Shown: positions 54,268 to 64,000 of the stretch, piece after piece
Position numbering within the stretch: position 1 is the first letter of the stretch
How the letters are laid out: each line of letters starts with the position of its first letter
Assembly: GCA_944363505.1 (NCBI GenBank)
Contig: CALVUD010000003.1
Span: forward strand, 5,783 to 69,782
DNA: 64,000 bases
Origin: an uncultured Clostridia bacterium
GTDB lineage: Bacteria > Bacillota > Clostridia > Christensenellales > DTU072
Direction of reading: 5' to 3'
Made by a program: the position numbers and the translations under genes
The notes under the pieces: model-generated
Told to the model about the DNA's origin: nothing
What the model saw: the letters and a program-made list of their open reading frames with translations, nothing else
The model's database searches: none

Positions 54268-56396
54268 ACAATAATTTTTTTGAACGCGGCGAGCCTAAAG
54301 CCGACTCCGAGCAAACGCACGCTTTCGAGCACTATCGCATCAGCGTGCTGCAACCCGATCTGATACGCGTCGAAACCTCCGCAAACGGGGCGTATAACGA
54401 TGCGCGCACGCAGGCGGTGCGTAACAGGCTCTTTCCGAAGTGCGAGTATTCGCTGAGTTTCGGGGAAAAGCAGGTCGTCGTTACCACAAAAAAAGCAAAA
54501 TTCTACTTTGACCGCGACAAGGGCAGGGTTACCGAAGTGTATGCGGGCGGCAGGCGGATAATCCTGAAAAAAGAAGGGTGTATGCCCGGAACCGCCAGGA
54601 CGCTGGATTTTACCTTCGGAAACGTCAAACTCGGAAAGAGCGTCGTTTCCCGCCACGGGGCGGCGTCGTTTGAAGACGATACGCTCGTCATGGACGAAAA
54701 CGGCGATTTTAAGGCGCGGGCAAACGGCGGCAGGGACGAATACGTTTTTGCGGCGCCCTCCAGGATCCGCACGCTGGAGCTTTTTTATATGCTGACCGGG
54801 CGGCCGCCGCTGATACCGAGGTACGCCCTCGGCAACTGGTGGTCGAGATTTTATCCTTATTCCGCCGAGGAATACTTAAACCTGGCGGACGGGTTCAAAA
54901 AGGACGACGTGCCTTTCACCGTCGCGGTCGTGGACATGGACTGGCATTGGACGGATCCCGGAAAGCGCTTCGGTTACCGTTCTTTCGGCGGCGCGTACAT
55001 GTTCAAAAAGGGCTGGACGGGTTATACCTGGAACAGCGAACTTTTTCCCGAGCACCGCGCCTTTTTAAGCGAGCTGAAAGCGCGCGGGCTGAGGGTGGGG
55101 CTTAATCTGCACCCCGCGGGAGGCGTCAGAAGTTTCGAGGCGCAGTATCCCGAGATGGCGCGGCGCGCGGGCGTCAAAGACGGCGTGCGCGTAAAGTTCG
55201 ATCCCGTTTCGCAAAAAGCGTGGAAAGACTATTTCGAGGTCCTGATGCACCCTTACGAGCGCGACGGCGTGGATTTTTGGTGGATAGACTGGCAGCAGGG
55301 CAGGCGTTCGCGCATGCCGGGACTGGATCCGCTGTGGGCGCTGAACCATTATCATTTTCTCGATTCTGATCGCGCCGACAGACGCGGAATGATATTGTCG
55401 CGTTTTTCGGGAGCGGGCGCGCACCGTTATCCCGTGGGCTTTTCGGGCGACAGCATAATTTGCTGGAGGTCGTTAAGGTTCCAACCGTATTTTACGGCTT
55501 CGGCGTCGAATATAGGATATAACTACTGGTCGCACGACATCGGCGGACATACTCTCGGAAATCCCGCAGACGACGAGCTTTATCTCAGATGGATACAGTT
55601 CGGGGTTTATTCGCCGATACTGAGGCTTCACAGCTCCGACGCCGTGCGCTCCAAGGAGCCTAAAAACCACCCGTCCGTCGAAAAGGAAGCCGCGGAAGCG
55701 CTCCGCTTCAGAATGAGGCTGATACCGTACGTATACAGTTCCGATTACTTTACCTTCCGCGACGCGGTGCCGCTGATAAGACCGATGTATTACCATAACC
55801 TCGAGGAGGAAGCGTATACCTATAAAAACGAGTATTATTTCGGCACTCAACTGGTCGTGGCGCCGGTGGTAACGAAATGCGACAAACGCACCGGTCTTGC
55901 AAAAACCGAAGTTTGGCTACCCCGGGGAAACTGGATAGATATCCATACCGGCGAAAAACGCAAAGGCGGAAAATTCGTCGCGGAGCGCGGAAAAGCGAGC
56001 GTTCCCGCGTTTTTGAAGGAGGGCGGGATACTGCCGCTTGCCGAAAAAGAGCGTCGCGACGCTCTGAATCCCGTTGAGATTGAACTGCTGTTAAACCCCG
56101 GCAAGGGCAAGTTCACGTTGTTCGAGGACGACGGGATATCCGGAGCTTACGCCGACGGCGCGGGCGCGTTTACCGAATTCAAAACGAGCTGCTCGGACGG
56201 CAGGTTAACGCTGAAAATAACGCAGAGAGGGGAAACGGAACATATTCCCGAGGGCAGACGGTTTGTGCCGCGGGTGCCCGGGGAAAACTGGAGAATAAGC
56301 GCGGTCAAGACGGGAAGAGCGGTCGACGGCGCGGTTTACGCCGACGAAAACGGTATTGCGGAAATAGAGCTGATAAGAGAAGATGCTGCCGAATAG
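54264..56396 (+). CDS. GH31 glycoside hydrolase (alpha-xylosidase / alpha-glucosidase type)
   Basis: DGVDFWWIDWQQG and YWSHDIGGH motifs. The start overlaps the upstream stop as ATGA. Confidence 0.75.
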   Translation: MNNNFFERGEPKADSEQTHAFEHYRISVLQPDLIRVETSANGAYNDARTQAVRNRLFPKCEYSLSFGEKQVVVTTKKAKFYFDRDKGRVTEVYAGGRRIILKKEGCMPGTARTLDFTFGNVKLGKSVVSRHGAASFEDDTLVMDENGDFKARANGGRDEYVFAAPSRIRTLELFYMLTGRPPLIPRYALGNWWSRFYPYSAEEYLNLADGFKKDDVPFTVAVVDMDWHWTDPGKRFGYRSFGGAYMFKKGWTGYTWNSELFPEHRAFLSELKARGLRVGLNLHPAGGVRSFEAQYPEMARRAGVKDGVRVKFDPVSQKAWKDYFEVLMHPYERDGVDFWWIDWQQGRRSRMPGLDPLWALNHYHFLDSDRADRRGMILSRFSGAGAHRYPVGFSGDSIICWRSLRFQPYFTASASNIGYNYWSHDIGGHTLGNPADDELYLRWIQFGVYSPILRLHSSDAVRSKEPKNHPSVEKEAAEALRFRMRLIPYVYSSDYFTFRDAVPLIRPMYYHNLEEEAYTYKNEYYFGTQLVVAPVVTKCDKRTGLAKTEVWLPRGNWIDIHTGEKRKGGKFVAERGKASVPAFLKEGGILPLAEKERRDALNPVEIELLLNPGKGKFTLFEDDGISGAYADGAGAFTEFKTSCSDGRLTLKITQRGETEHIPEGRRFVPRVPGENWRISAVKTGRAVDGAVYADENGIAEIELIREDAAE

Positions 56397-59300
56397 GTTG
56401 TCGCCCGAGCGCATGGGCGGCGCGTTTTTACAATTTAAAAGGGACGTGGCTTCGGGCAAAAAGTGCGTTGTGTTCGGCGCGTCCAGATACGCCCGCAGGC
56501 ACCTGGCGTGGTGCACGGGCGGTTTCGTCATGTATCTTACCGCGGACTCCGTTTCGGCAAGAGAGGTCGCCGACACGCTTTCGGATTATTACGGCGGGAA
56601 AACCGCGTATATTCCCGAAAGACAGGACACGCTGGTAAACGCCAAGATCAACTTTTCGGACAATGCCGCCGAGCGCGCGAAAGCTTTGGCGGAGATACTG
56701 ACCGGCGACGCCGTCGCCGCCGCCGTCGGCGCGGAAGCGTTTCTGGACTGGTATCCGTCGCGGAAGCTGTTCGAGAGCGCGGTCAAGGTCATAAAAACGG
56801 GCGACGAGATCTCTCCCGAGAAACTCGAGGACTTGTTGGTCTCGGGCGGATATACGCGGACGGACGAGGTCGGGAAAGCGGGCGAGTTCTCGAAAAGAGG
56901 CGACGTTTTCGACGTATGGTGTCCGACCACGGAACTTCCCGCGAGGCTGGACTTTTTCGGGGACACCGTCGAAAGCATCCGCCTGTTCGCTCCCGACACG
57001 ATGTTGTCGGTGCGGGAGATCAAAAAACTGACGGTTTCGCCCAAAAGCGATCTTATCCTTTCGCCCGGCGGCGTAAGACGCGTTTCGGAGGCTTTGAAAG
57101 AAGAAAAGCGCCGCGCGTACCGCGAACTCGGGCAGATCATCGAAGAACAGCTCGTCAAACTGGAGTGCGACCCGTCCGATCCCACTCTCGGCTGGTCGAT
57201 ACCCTTTATCGACGAAAAAGACACGCTCGCCGACTATATTCCCGAGGGCGGAACGCTGATAATCGACGATCCGAGGGCGGTTTTCGACAAGATAACATAT
57301 CTTTTGTCCGCGCACTCGAACAGGGTGGGCGCGCTGAAAGAAGCGGGCGCGGTTACATCGGCGCACCGCGACAGCATGGTGTCCAAGGAAATATTTCTGG
57401 AACGCGTCCGCTCCGTAAAAAAACTTGCCGCGTTTCAGACGCTCGCTTCGCTGAACCCGGTATTTTCCCCCGACAGCCTGATCTCAGTAAAAAGCGTGGC
57501 TTTGCCGCAGTACACGTTAAACTTCGAAGCGCTTTATTCCGACGTATGCAACGCTTCGGTCGCGAAGCGGCAGACGATGATTTATGCGGGAGACGACGGC
57601 GCCGCGAAAACGCTCGCCGACTTTTTCCGCGAGCGCGGCTCTGCCGCCAAAATAACCGAGAACGAGGACGACGATTATCCGCTTCTGATAATTCCCCGTC
57701 GGGTCAAACGCGGTTTTTCATATCCGGACGCAAGGATATTGGTCATAGGAACCGACGACGTTCTCAAAAAAAGCGCAGCCGTAAAGCGCGCCGCGTCGGG
57801 CAGAAAGCGTTTCGTAACCCCCGAAAAGGGGGATTACGTCGTCCACGTCCATCACGGTATAGGAGTGTACGACGGCATGCAGACGCTGACGACGTCCTTA
57901 GGCACGCGGGAATACTTCTGCATCCTCTATAAAGGCGGCGACAAGCTGTATCTGCCCACCGACAGGCTTGACGAGGTGGAAAAATATACCGGCGGCGGCA
58001 AGCCCGCGGTGCACAGGCTGGACTCCAGGGATTTCGAGCGCGTGAAAGAACGCGTCAAAGCCTCCGTAAAGGCCATGGCGATAGACCTGAGAACGCTATA
58101 CGAAAAACGTATGAACGCGCGCGGACACGTCTACTCGGCGGATACGGTGTGGCAAAAAGAACTCGAGGACGCTTTCCCGTTCACGCCGACCGACGACCAG
58201 CTGATCGCCGTTTCCGAGATCAAGCGCGACATGGAATCGGGCAAAGTCATGGATCGTCTGCTGGTCGGGGACGTGGGTTTCGGCAAGACCGAGGTCGCGG
58301 TCAGGGCGATCTTCAAAACGATAATAGAAGGCAAACAGGCGGCGGTACTCGCGCCCACGACGATACTTGCCAACCAGCATTTCAACACCATCTCCGAGCG
58401 CTTTAAGCCCTTCGGGATCAAAATAGACATTTTATCGCGTTTAGTATCCCGAAAGGAGCTGAACGAAGCCCTGAAAAGAATAAAATCGGGCGAAACCTCG
58501 GTGGTTGTCGCCACGCACAGACTGCTGGGGAAAGACGTCGTTTTCAACGATCTGGGGTTATTGGTACTCGACGAGGAGCAGCGTTTCGGGGTCGAGCACA
58601 AGGAGAAACTGAAGGCGTTGAAGAACAACGTCAACGTGCTCAGCATGTCCGCGACGCCCATACCGCGCACGCTGCATATGGCGCTCAGCGGCATCCGCGA
58701 CATATCCACTCTCGAAACGCCGCCCGCTGGCAGGCTGCCGGTGGAGACCTACGTCGTCGAGCTTACGGACGCGCTGATAAAAGACGTATGTCTCCGCGAA
58801 ACGGCGCGCGGCGGTCAGGTGTACATTCTGTATAACCGCGTACAGGGCATAGAAAGGTTTTACCGCGAGGTGTGCGACCTGTTGGGCGAAGGTGTGCGCG
58901 TCATCTATGCGCACGGGCAGATGACGCCGCAGGAATTAAACGGCAAGATCCGCGCTTTTTACGACAAGGAAGCCGACGTGCTGATAGCCACCGCGATCAT
59001 AGAAAACGGAATAGACATTCCCGACGCCAATTCGCTTATCGTGGTGGACGCCGACCGTTTCGGGCTGGCGGAACTGTATCAGCTCCGCGGCAGGGTGGGG
59101 CGCAGTCTGAATCTCGCTTATGCGTACTTTACGGTGAGGGAAGGAAAGGTGATGACCGAGAACGCCGAAAAGAGGCTGGAGGCGCTCTCGCAGCTGACGG
59201 AACTCGGCAGCGGTTTCAGGGTAGCCATGCGCGATCTCGAGATCCGCGGCGCCGGCTCGGTGCTCGGCAAAGAACAGCACGGCAACATGGAAAAAGTGGG

Positions 59301-59820
59301 CTACGACATGTACGTCAAGCTGTTAAAGGAGAGCGTCGAGGAGCTGAAGACGGGGAAAAGCGTTTCCGACGGATATTCCGAAGTGGTCATGGAGGTCGAG
59401 GGCGACGCCGAACTCGACCGCGACTATATTTCGGCGCCCGCCGCGAGAGTGGAGTTTTACAAGCGCGCAGCGGCGCTCGAAAGTCCGAAAGAAACCGAGG
59501 ATTTCCTTAATGAGACCGCCGACGTTTACGGCAAGCCGCCCGCTTCGGTGAAACTTCTCGCGGAGATAGGGCTTGCAAAGAATCTTGCGAAAAAGTTAAA
59601 TATTTCAAAAGTGGTGTCGACGGCAAAAGGTTCGGGACTGTGGTTTTCGGACTCGTCCGTTTACAAAGACGAGCGCATATTCGCGGCGCTCGACGCGTTC
59701 AGGAACGACGCGGTATTGTCGCCCAAGGCTCCGCCCGTAATCGTTTTCCGTAACCGCGGCGCGGAAAAGGGCGAACGTTTCGGGAAGATACTCGAATTTC
59801 TGATTAAAGCGGCGCTTTAA
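56383..59820 (+). CDS. mfd: Transcription-repair coupling factor
   Basis: - CarD-like region: GDYVVHVHHGIGVY.
- Helicase motifs: VGDVGFGKTEVA, LVLDEEQRFG, SATPIPRT.
- TRG region: ELYQLRGRVGRS.
The start is uncertain (56383 or 56413). Confidence 0.9.
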   Translation: MLPNRLSPERMGGAFLQFKRDVASGKKCVVFGASRYARRHLAWCTGGFVMYLTADSVSAREVADTLSDYYGGKTAYIPERQDTLVNAKINFSDNAAERAKALAEILTGDAVAAAVGAEAFLDWYPSRKLFESAVKVIKTGDEISPEKLEDLLVSGGYTRTDEVGKAGEFSKRGDVFDVWCPTTELPARLDFFGDTVESIRLFAPDTMLSVREIKKLTVSPKSDLILSPGGVRRVSEALKEEKRRAYRELGQIIEEQLVKLECDPSDPTLGWSIPFIDEKDTLADYIPEGGTLIIDDPRAVFDKITYLLSAHSNRVGALKEAGAVTSAHRDSMVSKEIFLERVRSVKKLAAFQTLASLNPVFSPDSLISVKSVALPQYTLNFEALYSDVCNASVAKRQTMIYAGDDGAAKTLADFFRERGSAAKITENEDDDYPLLIIPRRVKRGFSYPDARILVIGTDDVLKKSAAVKRAASGRKRFVTPEKGDYVVHVHHGIGVYDGMQTLTTSLGTREYFCILYKGGDKLYLPTDRLDEVEKYTGGGKPAVHRLDSRDFERVKERVKASVKAMAIDLRTLYEKRMNARGHVYSADTVWQKELEDAFPFTPTDDQLIAVSEIKRDMESGKVMDRLLVGDVGFGKTEVAVRAIFKTIIEGKQAAVLAPTTILANQHFNTISERFKPFGIKIDILSRLVSRKELNEALKRIKSGETSVVVATHRLLGKDVVFNDLGLLVLDEEQRFGVEHKEKLKALKNNVNVLSMSATPIPRTLHMALSGIRDISTLETPPAGRLPVETYVVELTDALIKDVCLRETARGGQVYILYNRVQGIERFYREVCDLLGEGVRVIYAHGQMTPQELNGKIRAFYDKEADVLIATAIIENGIDIPDANSLIVVDADRFGLAELYQLRGRVGRSLNLAYAYFTVREGKVMTENAEKRLEALSQLTELGSGFRVAMRDLEIRGAGSVLGKEQHGNMEKVGYDMYVKLLKESVEELKTGKSVSDGYSEVVMEVEGDAELDRDYISAPAARVEFYKRAAALESPKETEDFLNETADVYGKPPASVKLLAEIGLAKNLAKKLNISKVVSTAKGSGLWFSDSSVYKDERIFAALDAFRNDAVLSPKAPPVIVFRNRGAEKGERFGKILEFLIKAAL

Positions 59821-59931
59821 CGGCGCGCATAAAAATTTAGCTGTTTTTCCTTGTTTTTTCACACGGACTATTGTATAATGCTATGTACTGTTAAAATTAT
59901 ACCTATCTCTAAAATATAAGGAGTAAGGCTT

Positions 59932-62166
59932 GTGTTAAGGAAAAAGATATTTACCGCTCTGGCAATGGTTATGATCGTGGCGATGCTCGCCGCTTCGGTG
60001 GCGGGATGCACGTTCATCCGCGAAAACGATTATCGCGCAGCCAACCAGGCTTACGCGACCGTCAGCCACAACGGCATCACGCTGACGATCTCGTATAACG
60101 AATTTGTCGATTATTTCAACTCGATGGGCTACTACTACGTCAATTACTACGGCTATTCGGTCGAGGACGCGTTGGATCTGTGCATCAGCAACAAGATCCA
60201 GCAAAAGTATCTGATCACCGAAGCCATGGTATATCTGACCGATCCCAACAAAGTCGGACAAAGCCGCATCGACGCCTTGGTTTCTTCGGGCTCGCTCGTC
60301 CGTCCCGAAAACGTGCTGACGCAGGCGGAGACCCTTGCCGCGATTTACGCCGTCAACGACTCGATGATCACTTCCGCCGAGGAACTTGCCGAGGAGTCCA
60401 AACAGACCGAATATTCCCGCCTGATGAACGCCGTTTCTTCCGAGAACGTGGCGGGAATAGAGCTAAGCGACGAAACGAAAGAATATTTCGAGACCTTCTT
60501 CCATGCGGGAGCGGGCTGCTATGTGGGACAGGAGCTTGACACCGACCGCGTCAAGATCGTCGTGAAATACGACGACGGCAGCGTGTCCGAGCCGTTTATA
60601 GTGCCCACCGCGCAGTACAGCACGGCGTTTACCTCCGAAGCGACCGCCGATTATACCGAAAGGACGGAAGACAAGGAATTCGTGATAACCTATAACGAGA
60701 GTGTAACGGGCGAGAACGGCGAGGCGACGACCGAGGCGCACACTCTGACTTACGACTACACTCTGATCTATCCCAGAGAGACCAAAGCCGAACCCGAAGA
60801 GGAAACCGACTATACGACGGTAACGATAGGCGATTTCGATCCCGTCAGCCGTTATGCGGCGTATTCCGAGATCCCCGACGAGATCAAAAACGCCTGCAAG
60901 AGCATAAATCCCCTCGACAAAATGAGGGAAGCCGAGGAAGCGGGCGACACCTATATGGCGGACGCATGGAGGCGTGTAAGCGAGAATATTAATTCCGCGA
61001 ACAAGACGGTGAGCGATCTGTACAATTCCCAGTACGAGAGCGCCGTTCTGAGCGCGCTTCAGGCGGAGCTTTATAACAGCGCCGACCGCGCGTTCAACGC
61101 CACCGATTCGGCTGTAGCCGCGGAATACAAATACCTCTATTCCACGGCTAAGGATTCCTATACCGGAACCCCCGCCGACGACAAGGAAGCGTTCATCGAC
61201 GCGATAGGCGAGGGCATCGATTCTCTCTATTATTATCCCGTTATCGACGATATAGGCAACTATTATTACGTATATCAGATCCTGTTCTCGTTCACCGACG
61301 AACAGGCGGCGTTCCTCGAGGAACTGGGCGACGACGAAGACGCGATAGCCGAATTCACGGAATTGTTCTTCAAGAGCCTGACGACCGAGGCTTCCAACCC
61401 CGATTATGACCCCGAGACCTACGATCCCGAGGACGCGGACGCCGAAACGCCTTTCGGCGAAGAGGAACTCGTATCCGACGTCATCGCGAGGCTCGAGAGC
61501 GTATTGACCAAGATCTATGCGGGCACGCCTTTGACCGCGGCCGCCGACGGCTACGACTATACCGCCGAACAGCTGGATACTCCCGAGGAAAGGAGCGCCG
61601 CCGCCATCGAGGTGTTCCTGGATTATCTGTACCGCTATAACGACGACCCCGGCATCTTCAACAACGCCTACGGCTATCTGATGACCGCCGATCCCGCCGA
61701 TTCGGGCTGGGTCGACGCGTTCAACGAACTGGGCGACGCCGTGTTCAAGGTGGAAAACGCCGGACTCGGCTCGGGTACGGGACTGGTCGGCAACGCCTTC
61801 GGCGCGGACGGCAAGCTGGCGTGGAGAGCCTCCGATTACGGTATTCATCTGATGATGGTATCCGCGACCCCGTTCAAGGGCGTTACGGGAGAACTTACTC
61901 TGCCCGCAACCGCCGCCGAAATAGTCGCGTACCTCAAGAGCAGGACAAATCCCGACACGGAGGAAAGCATTTACGATACCGTCGTCGAGGGGTTGAGGGA
62001 CGAAAACCGCACCACCGTCTATAACGCTTTCATCGAAAAGGTTCCCACCGATCTGTTCACCAGAAGCAAAAAGAACAAGCTGGAGCTTAACGACGGCGTA
62101 AAAGGCTGGCTGACGATCAACGCAAAGAAAATCAAAAGCGAGATATACGACGTATACCTCGGCTAG
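59932..62166 (+). CDS. Large (744 aa) acidic lipoprotein, possibly a SurA/PrsA-like chaperone relative
   Basis: GTG start after AAGGAG; signal peptide with lipobox VAGC. The function call is weak. Confidence 0.5.
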   Translation: MLRKKIFTALAMVMIVAMLAASVAGCTFIRENDYRAANQAYATVSHNGITLTISYNEFVDYFNSMGYYYVNYYGYSVEDALDLCISNKIQQKYLITEAMVYLTDPNKVGQSRIDALVSSGSLVRPENVLTQAETLAAIYAVNDSMITSAEELAEESKQTEYSRLMNAVSSENVAGIELSDETKEYFETFFHAGAGCYVGQELDTDRVKIVVKYDDGSVSEPFIVPTAQYSTAFTSEATADYTERTEDKEFVITYNESVTGENGEATTEAHTLTYDYTLIYPRETKAEPEEETDYTTVTIGDFDPVSRYAAYSEIPDEIKNACKSINPLDKMREAEEAGDTYMADAWRRVSENINSANKTVSDLYNSQYESAVLSALQAELYNSADRAFNATDSAVAAEYKYLYSTAKDSYTGTPADDKEAFIDAIGEGIDSLYYYPVIDDIGNYYYVYQILFSFTDEQAAFLEELGDDEDAIAEFTELFFKSLTTEASNPDYDPETYDPEDADAETPFGEEELVSDVIARLESVLTKIYAGTPLTAAADGYDYTAEQLDTPEERSAAAIEVFLDYLYRYNDDPGIFNNAYGYLMTADPADSGWVDAFNELGDAVFKVENAGLGSGTGLVGNAFGADGKLAWRASDYGIHLMMVSATPFKGVTGELTLPATAAEIVAYLKSRTNPDTEESIYDTVVEGLRDENRTTVYNAFIEKVPTDLFTRSKKNKLELNDGVKGWLTINAKKIKSEIYDVYLG

Positions 62167-62213
62167 AGATAAAATAAAATTCGATATCAAGAAAAGACAA
62201 GGAGACAACAACA

Positions 62214-62600
62214 ATGAACATCGCTGAATTACAGACGCATCTCGACATCGTAAAATGGCACGAAAGCGAGAATAACGGAATGGATATGTGCAGACACATG
62301 CCCTACTGCGATTATTGCAAAGGCGAAGAGGAATATCCCTGCGCCCTCGCATACGAGAGAATGGAGAAAGCCAACGAGGCCAAGGTGAAAGCCGAAGCCA
62401 AAGCCAAGGCGCCCGCAAAGAAAGCGCCCGCAAAGAAAGCCGCCGCACCCAAGAAAGCCGAAGCTCCCAAAGCCGCGGAAAAAGCCGAAGCTCCCAAAGC
62501 GGAAGTAAAGGCGGAAGCCCCCAAAGCGGAAGCCAAACCCGCCGCGGAAAAAGCCAAAGCGCCCGCGAAGAAAGCGGCTGCCAAGACTGCGAAAAAATAA
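62214..62600 (+). CDS. Small protein with a Cys-rich N-terminal domain and a histone-H1-like Ala/Lys/Pro repeat tail
   Basis: CRHMPYCDYCKGEEEYPC is followed by about 70 aa of AKKA/KAEAPKA repeats. Confidence 0.6.
   Translation: MNIAELQTHLDIVKWHESENNGMDMCRHMPYCDYCKGEEEYPCALAYERMEKANEAKVKAEAKAKAPAKKAPAKKAAAPKKAEAPKAAEKAEAPKAEVKAEAPKAEAKPAAEKAKAPAKKAAAKTAKK
62454..62534 (+). repeat. Three tandem 27-bp repeats encoding KAEAPKAxE units
   Basis: Units at 62454-62480, 62481-62507 and 62508-62534. There is also a 2 x 15-bp repeat, GCGCCCGCAAAGAAA, at 62409-62438. Confidence 0.8.
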
Positions 62601-62614
62601 TCTAACAGACGGAT

Positions 62615-62638
62615 GAAGCCCGTTCGACGGGCTTTTTT
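62615..62638 (+). terminator. Rho-independent terminator
   Basis: GAAGCCCG-TTCGA-CGGGCTT followed by TTTT. Confidence 0.75.
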
Positions 62639-62656
62639 CGTAAAAAAGGAGCTGTC

Positions 62657-63478
62657 GTGCCGGTACGAATCGAGATGTTGCCCGTATATATCGCAATAGG
62701 TATTTCGGCTATACTGGCGGTATCGGCAAGTTTAATGCGGCTTCTTACCGTTCCCGCGGCGATAGCCGCCGCCGTTATGTTGACGGCTGCCGCCGTATTC
62801 TGGGGCTTTACGGGAATGACGCTGTATCTTGCGTTGTTTGCGTTAAGTTCCCTGATAGGCGCCGTCGGCGGGAAAAGAAGAAAGGAACGCGTCATGCGCA
62901 TACACAAGCGCACGGGCGCGCGCAAAGTCGTACAAGTGCTGGCAAACGGATTGCCCGCGCTTGTAATGGCGGCGATATGGTTTTTTACGGGTCTCGTCCC
63001 GTTCAAGGTCGCCGCCGCCGCGTCGCTCGCGGCGGGATTTGCCGATTCCGTGGCGGGGGACGTGGGGGTATTGTCCCGAGGCAAGACGGTGTCCGTGCTG
63101 GGATTCAGACGGGTGGAGCGCGGTATGTCGGGCGGGATAACGCTTGCGGGAAGCATCGCGACGGTGCTGGCTTCGGCTTTAGGCGCGGCGATACCCGCGT
63201 TTTTCGGGGAGTACGGAGCGGCGCTTTTCGGCGTCGGTACGCTCGGCGCGGTCGCGGGATGTACGCTGGATTCCGTGTTGGGCGCTTCCGTTCAGGCGCT
63301 TTACCGTTGCGGCGAATGCGGCAGAGAAACGGAGCGCACGGAGTGCTGCGGCAAGCCTACCGAACTCGTCAGAGGTTTCGGTTTTATGGATAACGACGCG
63401 GTAAACTTTGTAGCTGTGACTTTCGCCGCCGTTATGGGCGGGGCGGTCGCGGCGATGATAATATATATCCGACTTTAA
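62657..63478 (+). CDS. DUF92/TMEM19-like integral membrane protein with a Cys-rich insertion
   Basis: GTG start after AAGGAG; polytopic; GFADSVAGDVG motif; CGECGRETERTECCGKP near the C-terminus. Confidence 0.6.
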   Translation: MPVRIEMLPVYIAIGISAILAVSASLMRLLTVPAAIAAAVMLTAAAVFWGFTGMTLYLALFALSSLIGAVGGKRRKERVMRIHKRTGARKVVQVLANGLPALVMAAIWFFTGLVPFKVAAAASLAAGFADSVAGDVGVLSRGKTVSVLGFRRVERGMSGGITLAGSIATVLASALGAAIPAFFGEYGAALFGVGTLGAVAGCTLDSVLGASVQALYRCGECGRETERTECCGKPTELVRGFGFMDNDAVNFVAVTFAAVMGGAVAAMIIYIRL

Positions 63479-63499
63479 TTTATTATGGAGGGCGGCACT

Positions 63500-64000
63500 A
63501 TGTCGATTTTCGAAGAATGGTTGAGCAAGGTAACCTTCGACGAGCGTGAGGAACTGGAACGGATAAAAGACGATCCCGTTCAGATACGCGAACGCTTCGG
63601 CGGCGAACTCGGCTTCGGCACGGCGGGAATGCGCGGGATAATCAGGCTCGGCACTTTCGGTATGAACGTCTATACCGTCAAACGCGCTACGAAGGGCGTG
63701 GCGGACTACCTCTCGGGGCTTGAAGGCGCAAAGGACAGGGGAGTCGTCATCGCATACGACACCAGACGTTTTTCCAGGGAATTCGCCGCGGCTTCCGCAG
63801 GCATACTCGCCGCAAACGGAATAAAGGTATATCTTTTCGAGGACGTCCGACCCGTACCCGTGTGCTCGTTCGCCGTCAGGCGCCTGAACGCCGAGGCCGG
63901 GATCATGATCACCGCCAGCCACAATCCCAAGGAATACAACGGGTACAAGGTTTACGGACCCGACGGCGCACAGATGTCTCCCGAAGCCACCGCAAAGGTC
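63500..64000 (+). CDS. Phosphoglucomutase/phosphomannomutase-family enzyme, 3'-truncated by the window end
   Basis: Read by eye: ATG at 63500 after GGAGGG; GFGTAGMRG and the active-site sequence ITASHNPKEYNGYKVY. Not in the ORF track because no stop codon lies in the window. Confidence 0.85.
   Translation, partial: MSIFEEWLSKVTFDEREELERIKDDPVQIRERFGGELGFGTAGMRGIIRLGTFGMNVYTVKRATKGVADYLSGLEGAKDRGVVIAYDTRRFSREFAAASAGILAANGIKVYLFEDVRPVPVCSFAVRRLNAEAGIMITASHNPKEYNGYKVYGPDGAQMSPEATAKV

Noticed and set aside
56428-57932. 312-aa (minus) and 489-aa (plus, alternative frame) ORFs inside mfd
   Set aside because: Both overlap the mfd frame, which has unambiguous helicase and CarD-like motifs. The 489-aa product is dominated by Arg.
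60463-62448. 661-aa minus-strand ORF opposite the large lipoprotein gene
   Set aside because: It is antisense and runs through an intergenic terminator region and into the next gene. Its composition is Arg/Gly-rich. The plus-strand ORF has an RBS, a signal peptide and a lipobox.

Overview
The 64-kb chromosomal window has three distinct parts.

(1) Positions 1-19,720 are an AT-rich accessory/defence island. A hand-counted 60-nt sample gives about 28% GC, against about 60% in a hand-counted sample of the decarboxylase operon. Its contents are:
- small cargo genes;
- a frameshifted rve/DDE insertion sequence;
- a Gabija-like OLD-nuclease + UvrD-helicase pair;
- a 1,550-aa DUF4011 / SF1-helicase / Vsr-like nuclease (Hhe-like), flanked by an XRE regulator and a zinc-ribbon/Sel1 gene carrying an in-frame TGA;
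- a composite restriction-modification block: an HTH-Dam methylase, an Mrr-like nuclease, a DpnII-family endonuclease and two more amino-methyltransferases. The last methyltransferase is translationally coupled to a 603-aa DGQHR (DndB/ParB-fold) protein.

Three direct copies of a GC-rich, backbone-like 95-195-bp segment cut the island into three cassettes. The last copy abuts the first backbone gene. No integrase lies in the window.

(2) Positions 19,723-42,640 and 49,987-64,000 hold ordinary backbone genes:
- a bcp-TPR-DUF4037-hydrolase operon;
- a Trk/Ktr K+ uptake pair and GrpB;
- a Na+-pumping oxaloacetate-type decarboxylase operon;
- CoA-disulfide reductase;
- a sialidase, a GH51 arabinofuranosidase, araA-araD and an aldo/keto reductase;
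- PadR;
- GH27-like and GH31 hydrolases;
- mfd;
- a large lipoprotein;
- DUF92;
- a phosphosugar mutase.

The one oddity here is an orphan soluble three-domain FtsK/SpoIIIE-like ATPase, whose last ~97 codons sit in another reading frame.

(3) Positions 42,640-49,986 hold dnaA with no dnaN after it, bracketed by DnaA-box-like clusters. Upstream of dnaA is a ~5.5-kb stretch with no credible ORF that carries eight parS-like 16-mers.

Best candidates for something undescribed:
- the methyltransferase + DGQHR pair;
- the repeat-delimited cassette architecture of the island;
- the ORF-free parS array next to dnaA;
- the orphan FtsK-like ATPase.

All family calls come from motifs read by eye. No HMM or BLAST search was possible.
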